A DNA stretch of 64,000 nucleotides from an uncultured Gammaproteobacteria bacterium (GCA_963768415.1 CAVYHX010000006.1:41-64040); one strand, 5' to 3'. Counted from the stretch's first letter, positions 49,870 to 59,630 are shown. Notes: generated by a model not told the origin, from the sequence alone. Translations and numbers: made by a program.

Positions 49870-52155
49870 TTGCACATATCCATGACTATGAACAGAAAAA
49901 AGAAAACTAAATCGGGCACTCCGCGCAAACATGATCCGCATGCCGGGCGCGAGGCTGCGCGCTACGAGCAGCCGATTGCCAGCCGTGAGCTGATCCTCGA
50001 GGTCATTGAAGAAGCAGAGCACCCGGTTAACCGTGAAGACATGGAAGAGCTGCTCGGGATCGGGAAACAGGACGCCGACAGTGTGGAGGCCTTGCGGCGC
50101 CGTCTGAATGCGATGATCCGGGACGGTCAGCTGGTTAAAAACCGGCGCGGCTGTTATGCGCAGGCAGACCAGTTTGACCTGGTCCGGGGCCGTGTAATAG
50201 GGCATGCGGACGGTTTCGGTTTCCTGGCGACCGATGACGATGGCGGCGATGTCTATCTTTCGGCACGCGAAATGCGTTCCGTCATGCATGGTGATCGGGT
50301 GATGGCGCGCATCACCGGCAGGGACCGCCGCGACCGCCGTGAAGGTCAGATAGTCGATATTCTGGAACGCGGGACCGAGTCGCTGGTGGGGCGCTTCTAC
50401 AGCGAGAGTGGTGTGAATTTTGTCGTCCCGGACAGCAAGCGAATTCCCCGGGATATTGCCGTGCCGGCAGACCAGACGGGTGGGGCTCGCCATGGCCAGA
50501 TCGTGACGATTGCACTCATTGAGCAGCCGGGCAAGCACACGCCGCCAGTCGGCCGCGTGGTCGAGGTGCTGGGCGATCATATGGCGCCGGGCATGGAAAT
50601 CGATATTGCCATTCGCAGCAATTCCGTACCCGAGGCCTGGCCGCCCGAGGTTGAAGACGATATCGGTGCGTTCGGCACGGACGTTCCGGAACAGGCCAAG
50701 CAGGGGCGCGTAGACCTGCGCGACCTGCCACTGGTGACCATTGATGGCGCAGATGCGCGCGATTTCGATGACGCGGTCTATTGCGACCCGACCCCGGGAG
50801 GCTGGCGTCTGCTGGTGGCCATTGCCGATGTCTCCCATTACGTCAGTCCGGGCACGGCGCTCGATCACGAAGCCTACAAGCGCGGCAACTCGGTGTATTT
50901 CCCGGAGCGGGTGATTCCGATGTTGCCGGAGGTGCTGTCCAATGGATTGTGTTCCCTGAATCCCGAAGTCGATCGCCTGTGCATGGTATGCGAGATAATC
51001 ATCAACACGGACGGCAAGCTGGTGCGGTCGAAGTTTATCGATGGCGTGATGCGTTCGCACGCCCGGCTGACCTATAGCGAAGTCGCCGCAATCCTGGTGG
51101 ATCGGGATGAAACGGCGCGCCGGCAGCGCGCGCCCCTGGTACCGCACCTCGAAGAGTTGTACCGACTGTACAAGGTACTGCGCAAGGCGCGCAGCAAGCG
51201 CGGGGCGATCGATTTCGAAACCACGGAAACACGTATCGTGTTCGGCGAGAATCGCAAGATTGAACAGATCGTACCGCTGGAACGCAATGACGCGCACAAG
51301 ATCATCGAGGAATGCATGATTGCCGCCAATGTGGCGGCCGCCCGATTACTGGAGCGGCATAAGATGCCGACCCTGTATCGCGTGCACGCACGGCCGGCCG
51401 GAGAGAAGGTCGCTGACCTGCAGGAGTTCCTGAACGAACTCGGGCTGGGGTTGCGCGGCGGCAGCAGTCCGACGGCGAAAGACTACTCTGTGGTCCTGGA
51501 AATGGCCCGCGACCGGCCGGACGAGCATTTAATCAACACCGTACTGCTGCGTTCCATGCCACGCGCACAATACAGTCCCGACAATATCGGGCACTTCGGG
51601 CTGGCCCACGACCACTACACGCATTTCACTTCCCCCATCCGGCGCTACCCGGACCTGCTGGTGCACCGTGCGCTGCGTCATGTGACAAGCGGCGGGAAGC
51701 CGCAGGATTTTGCCAGTACCCTTACCGATATTGCCGAATATGGCGATCATTGCTCAATGACGGAGCGGCGCGCAGACGATGCCACACGGGATGCGATCGA
51801 CTGGCTGAAGTGTGAATATATGCTGGACAAGGTCGGCGAGGTCTACCGGGGCATTATAAGCAGTGTCACTTCCTTCGGCATTTTTGTAGAATTGCAGCAG
51901 ATTTACGTGGAGGGTCTGGTCCACGTGACCGCGCTGGGTAACGATTATTACCACTTCGATCCGACAAAGCACTGGCTGATCGGCGAGCGCAGCAACCGGA
52001 TCTTCCGCCTGGGTGATCAGCTGGATGTGAAGGTGGTACAGGTCAACCTGGATGAGCGCAAAATAGATTTTGAACTGAGCCGGAAGGATTCGGTCTTAAC
52101 GAAACGCAAACAGAAGGGGCGGCGCAAGCAGTCCTCGAGGAGAAAAAGCAGATGA
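49870..52155 (+). CDS. rnr: ribonuclease R
   Basis: 761 aa. It has cold-shock-like N-terminal domains, an RNB catalytic domain (DGADARDFDDAV...VYFPERVIPMLP...HFGLAHDHYTHFTSPIRRYPDLLVHR), an S1 domain and a Lys/Arg-rich tail. Confidence 0.92.
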   Translation: MHISMTMNRKKKTKSGTPRKHDPHAGREAARYEQPIASRELILEVIEEAEHPVNREDMEELLGIGKQDADSVEALRRRLNAMIRDGQLVKNRRGCYAQADQFDLVRGRVIGHADGFGFLATDDDGGDVYLSAREMRSVMHGDRVMARITGRDRRDRREGQIVDILERGTESLVGRFYSESGVNFVVPDSKRIPRDIAVPADQTGGARHGQIVTIALIEQPGKHTPPVGRVVEVLGDHMAPGMEIDIAIRSNSVPEAWPPEVEDDIGAFGTDVPEQAKQGRVDLRDLPLVTIDGADARDFDDAVYCDPTPGGWRLLVAIADVSHYVSPGTALDHEAYKRGNSVYFPERVIPMLPEVLSNGLCSLNPEVDRLCMVCEIIINTDGKLVRSKFIDGVMRSHARLTYSEVAAILVDRDETARRQRAPLVPHLEELYRLYKVLRKARSKRGAIDFETTETRIVFGENRKIEQIVPLERNDAHKIIEECMIAANVAAARLLERHKMPTLYRVHARPAGEKVADLQEFLNELGLGLRGGSSPTAKDYSVVLEMARDRPDEHLINTVLLRSMPRAQYSPDNIGHFGLAHDHYTHFTSPIRRYPDLLVHRALRHVTSGGKPQDFASTLTDIAEYGDHCSMTERRADDATRDAIDWLKCEYMLDKVGEVYRGIISSVTSFGIFVELQQIYVEGLVHVTALGNDYYHFDPTKHWLIGERSNRIFRLGDQLDVKVVQVNLDERKIDFELSRKDSVLTKRKQKGRRKQSSRRKSR

Positions 52156-52829
52156 GTATGGGAAAAGTGATATTGCCGGTAATCGTTGTCGCCACACTGG
52201 CAGGCTGTGCGGCGGATGATCCGAATAAACGCACCAAGAGCGGTGCCGCGATCGGTGCGGTAGTGGGCGCGGTGCTCGGTCATCAAATGAATGACGACTC
52301 GGGCAAATTTGTCGGTGCGGCTGTCGGTGCCCTTGCCGGCGCAGGTGTCGGCCGCTACATGGACAACCAGCAACGGGAATTCGAAGCGGCACTCGCCGAG
52401 GAGACGCGCCTGCACCAGATCGAAATTCAGCGCATGGAAGACGATCTCATCAAGATCAACCTCTCCAATGAAGTGTCCTTCGATTTTGACAGCGCCACGC
52501 TCAAGCCGTCCTTCCTGTCGTCCCTGGACAAGGTGGCGCAGGTGCTCAACCGTTACCAGACCAGCATTGTGCACGTAATCGGCCATACCGACAGCACCGG
52601 TTCGGAAGAATACAACCAGCGGTTGTCGGAACGCCGCGCATTGAGTGTCAGCTCCTATTTTCAAAGTCAGGGTGTTCTGGCCAGCCGCCTGCGTACGGAA
52701 GGGCGTGGTGAAAGCGAGCCACGTGATACCAATGCCACCGAGGCCGGGCGCCAGCTCAACCGCCGGGTGGAACTGATCATCAAGCCGATCGTGGAAGGGC
52801 AGGAGTCCAGCGCCTACCAGACACCCTGA
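52152..52829 (+). CDS. OmpA-family lipoprotein with a glycine-zipper N-terminal region
   Basis: 225 aa with the lipobox LAGC, the glycine zipper GAAIGAVVGAVLG...GAAVGALAGAGVG and an OmpA_C-like domain (GHTDSTGSEEYNQRLSERRA...NRRVEL). Confidence 0.8.
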   Translation: MSMGKVILPVIVVATLAGCAADDPNKRTKSGAAIGAVVGAVLGHQMNDDSGKFVGAAVGALAGAGVGRYMDNQQREFEAALAEETRLHQIEIQRMEDDLIKINLSNEVSFDFDSATLKPSFLSSLDKVAQVLNRYQTSIVHVIGHTDSTGSEEYNQRLSERRALSVSSYFQSQGVLASRLRTEGRGESEPRDTNATEAGRQLNRRVELIIKPIVEGQESSAYQTP

Positions 52830-52858
52830 CAGGCGTGATTGCCAGCTGAACGCCGCGC

Positions 52859-53629
52859 ATGGCGCAGACCGAAACAGTCTATGGCCTGCATGCGGTCACA
52901 AGCGTGCTTGCCAATGACGCGGTTCATGTCAGCACCATTGCTGTGCTGGACAGTCGCGACGATGAGCGCCTGGGACAAATAGTGGCGGCGGCTGATGCCG
53001 CGGGTGTACAGATACAGCGCCTGCCCCGCAAGGCGCTCGACGCGATGCTGCCGGGTGGCGCCCGGCATCAGGGTGTCATTGCGACCCTGCAGAGGGCCAC
53101 GCAACCGCATGAGCGTGACCTGCCGGCATTTCTCCAGGCGATCGATGGCCCCGCGTTTCTGCTGGTGCTGGACGGTATCCAGGATCCGCATAATTTTGGT
53201 GCCTGCCTGCGCAGTGCCGATGCTGCCGGCGTACATGCCGTCATCGTGCCACGAGATCGTGCCGTCGGGATCACCCCAGTAGTGCGTAAGGTCGCCAGCG
53301 GCGCCGTGGATTCTGTCCCGGTTTTTACCGTCACCAACCTGGCACGTGTGCTGCGTCAGTTGCGCGCAGCGGGCATCTGGGTCTATGGCGCCAGTGACAG
53401 CGCCGGACAGGATATCTATGCCACTGACCTGCAAGGCCCGCTGGCGCTGGTGCTGGGTGCCGAGGGCAAGGGGCTGCGGCGGCTGACCCGGGAGCACTGC
53501 GATGCCCTGCTGGCAATTCCCATGGCCGGGCAGGTCACGAGTCTGAATGTCTCTGTCGCCGCCGGGATCATGCTCTACGAGGCGCGCCGTCAGCGGCTGG
53601 TGCGGCCCGGTCCACCCGGGACACCTTAA
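52859..53629 (+). CDS. rlmB: 23S rRNA (guanosine2251-2'-O)-methyltransferase RlmB
   Basis: 256 aa. It is a SpoU/TrmH methylase (LDGIQDPHNFGACLRSADAAG; LVLGAEGKGLRRLT; IPMAGQVTSLNVSVAAGI). It follows rnr. Confidence 0.9.
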   Translation: MAQTETVYGLHAVTSVLANDAVHVSTIAVLDSRDDERLGQIVAAADAAGVQIQRLPRKALDAMLPGGARHQGVIATLQRATQPHERDLPAFLQAIDGPAFLLVLDGIQDPHNFGACLRSADAAGVHAVIVPRDRAVGITPVVRKVASGAVDSVPVFTVTNLARVLRQLRAAGIWVYGASDSAGQDIYATDLQGPLALVLGAEGKGLRRLTREHCDALLAIPMAGQVTSLNVSVAAGIMLYEARRQRLVRPGPPGTP

Positions 53630-53667
53630 CTATCTGGATAATATAAATTTTGGCTTTTCCCCATATC

Positions 53668-53887
53668 GAGTGGGTAAATTACCGTTGTAGGGCCGAATTC
53701 ACTTGTGCCCGGCGCTTTATCGGGTATTCGGCCAAGAGCTGCATCTGGATGACAGATCACGATGAAACACCGCTGGTCGAATGAATTCGACCCTACAGGT
53801 TTGATTGAGTAGGGCCGAATTCATTCGGCCAACAACCTTGCCAGCAGAAGGCATGCGGCGCGTCTGAATTGATTACGTTGCCCACTC
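53668..53887. repeat. cluster of REP-like family 3 hairpins (gtagggccgaattcattcggcc type) bounded by an imperfect inverted repeat
   Basis: Family 3 elements lie at 53686-53733, 53775-53798 (ggtcgaatgaattcgaccctacagg) and 53809-53830 (gtagggccgaattcattcggcc). The flanks are gagtgggtaa (53668-53677) and ttgcccactc (53878-53887). Confidence 0.5.
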
Positions 53888-53963
53888 AATCAGGGGAAGA
53901 TCCTGAATATTAAGCTTCCAGCAGGCTGTGGCAGCCGATTTCCACCTGCAGTCCACCGGGCAA

Positions 53964-53992
53964 TTGCATCCACCCACCGCCTCACGTAAAAT
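53964..53992 (+). promoter_or_regulatory. candidate sigma70 promoter of the rpsF operon (TTGCAT-17 nt-TAAAAT)
   Basis: ttgcat lies at 53964-53969, followed by a 17-nt spacer and taaaat at 53987-53992. A GC-rich discriminator gcgcgc follows. This would give a leader of about 80 nt before the rpsF ATG. Confidence 0.5.
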
Positions 53993-54037
53993 GCGCGCTC
54001 TTTTAAGCAGTTAATTAAAAAATCAGTTAACTCCTTG

Positions 54038-54057
54038 CCTGCTGCATTGACAGCAGG
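54038..54057 (+). promoter_or_regulatory. perfect hairpin in the rpsF 5' leader (cctgctg-cattga-cagcagg)
   Basis: A 7-bp stem with a 6-nt loop lies 24 nt upstream of the rpsF ATG, just before the Shine-Dalgarno sequence aagggg. An rpsF leader structure bound by S6:S18 is known in bacteria. Assignment here is by position only. Confidence 0.35.
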
Positions 54058-54080
54058 CTGCCAAACCACAAGGGGTCTTT

Positions 54081-54530
54081 ATGAGACATTACGAAATCGT
54101 GTTTCTGGTCCACCCTGGCCAGAGTGAGCAGGTACCCGCCATGATCGATCGCTATCGCAATACGATCGAGTCCAGCGGTGGTGCGATCCATCGCCTGGAA
54201 GACTGGGGCCGTCGCCAGCTGGCCTATCCGATTCAAAAACTGCACAAGGCGCACTACGTGCTGATGAATATCGAGTGCGGTACTGCGGCCCTGGAAGAAC
54301 TGACAAGTGCCTTCCGTTTCAACGATGCTGTTATAAGAAATATGGTCATCAGCCGCAAGGAGGCCATTACCGAGGATTCCTTGCTGATAAAGAAGGCCGA
54401 GGAGAAGCGGGAACGCGAGACGCCGGAAGGGGTTGCAGCAACGAGCGTTGCCGAACCCGAAGCTGCAAAACCGGCGCCGGCGGCTGCTGAAGAGACTGCG
54501 GAGCAGGAATCAGCTGCTACTCCGGAATAA
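54081..54530 (+). CDS. rpsF: 30S ribosomal protein S6
   Basis: [25 protein letters not shown]...[28 protein letters not shown], with an acidic C-terminal tail. Confidence 0.95.
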   Translation: MRHYEIVFLVHPGQSEQVPAMIDRYRNTIESSGGAIHRLEDWGRRQLAYPIQKLHKAHYVLMNIECGTAALEELTSAFRFNDAVIRNMVISRKEAITEDSLLIKKAEEKRERETPEGVAATSVAEPEAAKPAPAAAEETAEQESAATPE

Positions 54531-54562
54531 CATACGATTCAAGTAATCCAAGGAATATACTC

Positions 54563-54787
54563 ATGGCAAGATATTTTCGTCGACGCAAATTCTGTCGTTT
54601 TACCGCTGAAGGCACCAAAGAAATCGATTACAAGGACCTTGGCGTGCTGAAACAATACGTTACCGAGACGGGCAAGATCGTACCCAGCCGGATTACCGGT
54701 ACCAAGGCCAGGTACCAGCGTCAGCTGTCGACTGCGATCAAGCGCGCACGTTATTTGTCGCTGTTGCCATACTGCGACTCGCACTAG
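54563..54787 (+). CDS. rpsR: 30S ribosomal protein S18
   Basis: [70 protein letters not shown]. Confidence 0.95.
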   Translation: MARYFRRRKFCRFTAEGTKEIDYKDLGVLKQYVTETGKIVPSRITGTKARYQRQLSTAIKRARYLSLLPYCDSH

Positions 54788-54835
54788 GGGTCACGGGCGT
54801 TGCCTGAATCCGGACGGGGCCGACGGATTCTACCG

Positions 54836-55766
54836 ATGAATGCACTGGCCGGCTTTATCGTCAGCGGTCGCTGGCAGGCGCTGCTGGTCACAACCGCAAG
54901 CGGAATCGTGGCGTTTATGCTGCCGCCGTTCAGCAGCGTTCTGAATTACCTGGGTGCCGCGGCAGTTGCGCTCGTGACGCTGCATCTCGGATTGATGCAG
55001 GGGTTGCAGACGTTGCTGGCCGCCTCTGCGCTGACGCTGTTGTTTTATCAGCTGGCAGGAATTCAGTCCGCAGTCGTGCTGGTGCTGGTCCTGTTGCTGC
55101 TCTTGGTTTCCCTGCTGGCTGGCCAGCGCGGTGCTGCGCCAGACGCTGAACCTGGGCCATGCGCTGAAGACGGCCACTGTGCTGGGGATCAGCCTGTTGT
55201 TGATGGTGTACGCGGTCTATGGTGATCCGGCACCGTGGTGGCTTGAACGCCTGCAGCAGTTCGAGGCGGCGATGAACGATGCCGGGATTGCTACGCAGGC
55301 CGTCTCCGGCAGCCACATGCTGGAACAGCTGTCAGCGTTGCTGACCGGAATGGTACTGGCCTCGCTGGTACTGGGCATTATCGCAAGCCTGCTGCTGGCG
55401 CGCTGGTGGCAGTCACTGGTAGTGCATCCCGGAGGTTTCAGGGAAGAGTTTTTTGAATTACGGCTGGGCCAGTGGTCCGGCCTGCTAACACTGACGGTGA
55501 TGCTGCTGGGCCAGTTTACCCGCGGCACCGGCAGCGAATTATTGATCCAGCTGGCGATGGTTATGCTGGTGCCTTATCTGTTTACCGGGCTGGCTGTTAT
55601 TCACAGCATCGTAAGCAGGGCAGGGCGCGGGCGCGGCTGGCTGATTGCGCTGTACGTAGCAATGGCGTTCCTGCCGCAGGCGATGTTGTTGCTGGCAGGT
55701 GGCGGTTTGCTGGATACCTGGCTGGATTTCCGCCGCCGGCTGACCCGCAATGGACGCAACACTTAA
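54836..55766 (+). pseudogene. conserved-position polytopic membrane protein (possibly DUF2232-like) with one frame break (~55085-55130)
   Basis: Two overlapping hydrophobic ORFs (54800..55225 and 55131..55766) join into one protein of about 310 aa. A membrane protein occupies the same slot between rpsR and rplI in Pseudomonas and Bacillus. The family assignment is tentative. Confidence 0.55.
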
Positions 55767-55801
55767 CACTGAAGATGAGCGATTAAACAGAGGTTGTCAC
55801 A

Positions 55802-56263
55802 ATGGAAATCATCCTGCTTGAGAAAATAGACAATCTTGGCGCCCTGGGCGACAAGGTGAATGTAAAATCCGGTTACGGCCGTAACTTCCTGATACCTCAA
55901 GGCAAGGCAGCCCCGGCGACGCCGGATAATATCGCCGAGTTCGAGGCCAGGCGTGCCGAGCTGGAACAGGCGGCTGCGGAGGCCCTGGCAGCGGCGCAGA
56001 CACGGGGTGAAAGACTGGACGGGCTGACGATTACGATCGCAGCCAGGGCGGGGGAAGAAGGCAAGCTGTTCGGCTCGGTTGGGACTGCGGATATTGCGCA
56101 TGCCCTGAATGATGCCGGGGTTACAGTGGAGCGCAATGAAGTCCGCCTGCCGACGGGAGCCTTTCGCCAGGTGGGTGAATTCGACGTGCAGATACACCTG
56201 CACTCGGATATCAATACGACCGTGAAACTGGTTATTGAAGCCGAAAAATCAAATTCGCTCTAA
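55802..56263 (+). CDS. rplI: 50S ribosomal protein L9
   Basis: [36 protein letters not shown]. Confidence 0.93.
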   Translation: MEIILLEKIDNLGALGDKVNVKSGYGRNFLIPQGKAAPATPDNIAEFEARRAELEQAAAEALAAAQTRGERLDGLTITIAARAGEEGKLFGSVGTADIAHALNDAGVTVERNEVRLPTGAFRQVGEFDVQIHLHSDINTTVKLVIEAEKSNSL

Positions 56264-56461
56264 ACATATTCGGCAAGTTGTTGTAAAGGAACAAGGAAGC
56301 AGGCTGCTGCATTGACAGACTGCAACTGGCCGTTTGTGTTGCATGCAGAGACGCATACTGAACACAGTAATACAAGATGTTTTTATTGTGCGTTTGTGCT
56401 ATTTATTCTCCTTCAGATTGCCATCCGGCAAGCGCAGACTTGCAACATAACCAGATTATAA

Positions 56462-57859
56462 ATGGCTGAATTACTCCGCTCCGCTGATGCGCTGCATAGC
56501 GAGACAGAATCGCTCAAGGTGCCGCCCCATTCGCTGCAGGCAGAACATGCCGTGTTGGGTGGTCTCATGCTGGATAACGCATCCTGGGACACCATTGCCG
56601 ACCACGTCTGTGAAGAAGACTTTTACCGTCGCAATCACCGCCTGATTTTCCACGCAATTTCCGAGCTGGCGGAAAAAAACGATCCCTTCGATGCGGTAAC
56701 GCTGTCGGAATGGCTGGAACAAAACCAGTTACTTGAAGAAACCGGCGGGCTCGCGGCGCTGGGCATGCTGGCCCAGAACACCCCCAGCGCTGCCAACATC
56801 AAGGCCTATGCGGACATCGTGCGCGAGAACTCCGTCATGCGCCAGCTTATCGAGGTAGGCAACAAGATTGCCAACAGTGCCTTTGTAACGGAGGGCAGGG
56901 ATTCCAGCATGCTGCTGGATCATGCCGAATCGCTGGTATTCGACATTGCCGAACGTGGCAAACGCAACAAGCGCGGCTTCCGGAACATCCGTACCCTGCT
57001 GGCTGCGGCAGTTGACCGGATCGACAAGCTGTTCCAGCAGGAAGGTCATATCACCGGGGTGCCGACCGGCTTTACCGATCTCGATGACATGACTGCGGGC
57101 CTGCAACCATCCGACCTGATTATCGTCGCCGGGCGTCCCTCCATGGGTAAAACGACCCTGGCAGTCAATTTTGCGGAGAATGCGGCCATCAAGCACCAGG
57201 TGCCGGTGGCGATATTCAGTATGGAAATGCCGGGCGAGCAACTTGCACTGCGCATGATGTCGTCGCTCGGGCATATCGATCAGCACAAGATCCGTACCGG
57301 CAAGCTGGAGGATGACGACTGGCCACGCCTCACTTCCGCCGTGAGTCTGCTGGATACTGCGCCATTGTTTATAGACGACACGCCGGCATTGTCACCAATG
57401 GAGTTGCGCGCGCGCGCACGGCGGCTGAAGCGTGAGCACAATCTTGGCTTGATTATTATCGATTATCTGCAACTCATGCAGGTAGGGAATACCCGCGAAA
57501 ACCGGGCAACGGAGATATCGGAAATATCACGCAACCTGAAGGCGCTGGCAAAGGAGCTTGAAGTTCCGGTGATTGCCCTTTCACAATTAAACCGGAGCCT
57601 CGAGCAGCGTACGGACAAACGTCCGGTAATGTCGGATTTGCGCGAGTCGGGCGCCATAGAGCAGGATGCCGATGTCATCATCTTCATCTATCGTGACGAA
57701 GTGTATAACGAGGAATCTCCGCAGAAAGGCCTTGCCGAAATAATCGTCGGCAAGCAACGTAACGGACCTATCGGCAAGTGCCTGCTGACGTTTCGCGGCC
57801 AGTTTACCCGGTTTGAAAACTATGCAGCTGACAGTTACAGCGGTGGTGATTTTGAATGA
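56462..57859 (+). CDS. dnaB: replicative DNA helicase DnaB
   Basis: 465 aa. PPHSLQAEHAVLGGLML, the Walker A motif GRPSMGKTT, IIIDYLQLM and LSQLNRSLEQRTDKRPVMSDLRESGAIEQDADVI are present. Confidence 0.95.
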   Translation: MAELLRSADALHSETESLKVPPHSLQAEHAVLGGLMLDNASWDTIADHVCEEDFYRRNHRLIFHAISELAEKNDPFDAVTLSEWLEQNQLLEETGGLAALGMLAQNTPSAANIKAYADIVRENSVMRQLIEVGNKIANSAFVTEGRDSSMLLDHAESLVFDIAERGKRNKRGFRNIRTLLAAAVDRIDKLFQQEGHITGVPTGFTDLDDMTAGLQPSDLIIVAGRPSMGKTTLAVNFAENAAIKHQVPVAIFSMEMPGEQLALRMMSSLGHIDQHKIRTGKLEDDDWPRLTSAVSLLDTAPLFIDDTPALSPMELRARARRLKREHNLGLIIIDYLQLMQVGNTRENRATEISEISRNLKALAKELEVPVIALSQLNRSLEQRTDKRPVMSDLRESGAIEQDADVIIFIYRDEVYNEESPQKGLAEIIVGKQRNGPIGKCLLTFRGQFTRFENYAADSYSGGDFE

Positions 57860-58932
57860 CGCGGCCCGCCCGGGCACGCATCGATCTGCAGGCCCTTCAA
57901 CATAACTTCGCGCGCGTGCGGCAAGCCGCTCCGCACAGCAGGACCATAGCCATCCTCAAGGCCAATGCCTACGGGCACGGTCTGGTCAGTTGCGCACGTG
58001 CGCTCCCGGATGCGGATGCCTTTGGTGTGGTGACCCTGGATGAAGCCATCACGCTGCGGGAAGCCGGTTTTGACCGTCGTATCATCTTGCTGGAAGGTTT
58101 TTTCAGCCATGCAGATCTGCATCTGGTCAGCGGCTATAGTATGGATTCCGTGCTGCATCATATCAGCCAGGTTGAGTTACTCGAGCAAGGGCCGCTGACG
58201 CGGCCGCTGGATGTCTGGGTGAAGGTGGACACCGGCATGCATCGGCTGGGATTCGCACCCGACAGCATCGCTGACCTGGTTGCGCGTCTGCGCAACATCC
58301 GGCACGTGAATACGATCCGTTTTCTTACCCATTTTGCCAGTGCCGACGAACAGGATAACGACTCTACGCGGCGGCAGCTCGCCTGTTTTCAGGAGTCACT
58401 GAAGTCAATTGCAGGCGACCGCTCGCTGGCGAATTCCGCTGCGGTGCTCGCCTGGCCCGATACCCATACCGACTGGGTGCGGCCCGGTATCATGCTGTAC
58501 GGCGGCTCGCCTTTGGCCGGGCGCAGCGCACAGGAGCTCGGACTCCGGCCGGTGATGACACTCGGCACGCAATTAATCGCGGTCAATCAACGTAAAAAAG
58601 GCGATGCTGTCGGTTACGGCGGGAACTGGGTATGTCCACAGGATATGAGCATCGGTGTTGCCGCTATCGGCTATGGGGATGGTTACCCGCGCCATGTACC
58701 GGCGGGAACCCCGGTACTGGTAAACAACAAACCTGTGCCGCTGGTGGGGCGCGTGTCCATGGATATGGTATGTCTCGATCTCAGTTCTCAACCCAAAGCC
58801 GCTGTCCGCGATGCAGTTGTGCTCTGGGGCGAAGGATTGCCGGTCGATGAGGTGGCGTCCGCAGCGGGCACTATTTCCTACGAGTTACTGTGCAGCGTGA
58901 ACAGCCGGGTGGAATTCGAATATGTCGGGTGA
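57856..58932 (+). CDS. alr: alanine racemase
   Basis: 358 aa. It has the PLP-lysine region AILKANAYGHG and a C-terminal ISYELLC. The start overlaps the dnaB stop. Confidence 0.92.
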   Translation: MTRPARARIDLQALQHNFARVRQAAPHSRTIAILKANAYGHGLVSCARALPDADAFGVVTLDEAITLREAGFDRRIILLEGFFSHADLHLVSGYSMDSVLHHISQVELLEQGPLTRPLDVWVKVDTGMHRLGFAPDSIADLVARLRNIRHVNTIRFLTHFASADEQDNDSTRRQLACFQESLKSIAGDRSLANSAAVLAWPDTHTDWVRPGIMLYGGSPLAGRSAQELGLRPVMTLGTQLIAVNQRKKGDAVGYGGNWVCPQDMSIGVAAIGYGDGYPRHVPAGTPVLVNNKPVPLVGRVSMDMVCLDLSSQPKAAVRDAVVLWGEGLPVDEVASAAGTISYELLCSVNSRVEFEYVG

Positions 58933-58967
58933 TCGTAACCGCGCGCACTTGCAGAATTGGGTGACCT

Positions 58968-59553
58968 GCCTGTAGGAGCACCCGATTAAGCGCCGGGTGT
59001 AAACGCCGTCCATCGGCGCGATGGATTGGGAACACAATCGCGGCCAGGAGGCCGCTCCTACAGGGTAATAGAAACACTGTAGGAGCGCCGTCCTTCGGCG
59101 CGATGGTTTGGGAACCCATCGCGGCCAGGAGGCCGCTCCTACAGGGTAATAGAAACACTGTAGGAGCACCCGATTAAGCGCCGGGTGTAAACGCCGTCCT
59201 TCGGCGCGATGGTTTGGGACACAATCGCGGCCAGGAGGCCGCTCCTACAGGGTAATAGAAACACCTGTAGGAGCACCCGATTAAGCGCCGGGTGTAAACG
59301 CCGTCCTTCGGCGCGATGGTTTGGGAACACAATCGCGGCCAGGAGGCCGCTCCTACAGGGTAATAGAAACACCTGTAGGAGCGCCGTCCTTCGGCGCGAT
59401 GGTTTGGGACCCCATCGCGGCCAGGAGGCCGCTCCTACAGGGTAATAGAAACACCTGTAGGAGCGCCGTCCTTCGGCGCGATTGTTTGCGGAAACCATCG
59501 CGGCCAGGAGGCCGCTCCTGCAGGGCAATAGAAACACCTGCAGGCGCGCCGTC
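58968..59553. repeat. REP family 1 tandem array: six units (long, short, long, long, short, short) plus a degenerate half unit
   Basis: ctgtaggagc unit starts lie at about 58970, 59078, 59158, 59265, 59373 and 59455. Long units (~108 bp) carry acccgattaagcgccgggtgtaaac; short units (80-82 bp) do not. Confidence 0.85.
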
Positions 59554-59630
59554 CTTTGAGTTTGCTGAAGCTTTGGAAATACAGATACAACCCGTTTACT
59601 ATCGCGCCATTCATTAACCAGGAACCCGGC

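Noticed and set aside
49627-49870. tRNA-Leu as an integration site for a genomic island or prophage.
   Set aside because: The tRNA is flanked directly by purA and rnr with short spacers. There is no integrase, no direct repeat of the tRNA 3' end and no foreign-looking DNA.
54531-54562. Absence of priB between rpsF and rpsR as a deletion.
   Set aside because: rpsF-rpsR adjacency without priB is normal outside the enterics and close relatives (for example Pseudomonas). The 32-nt spacer shows no remnant.
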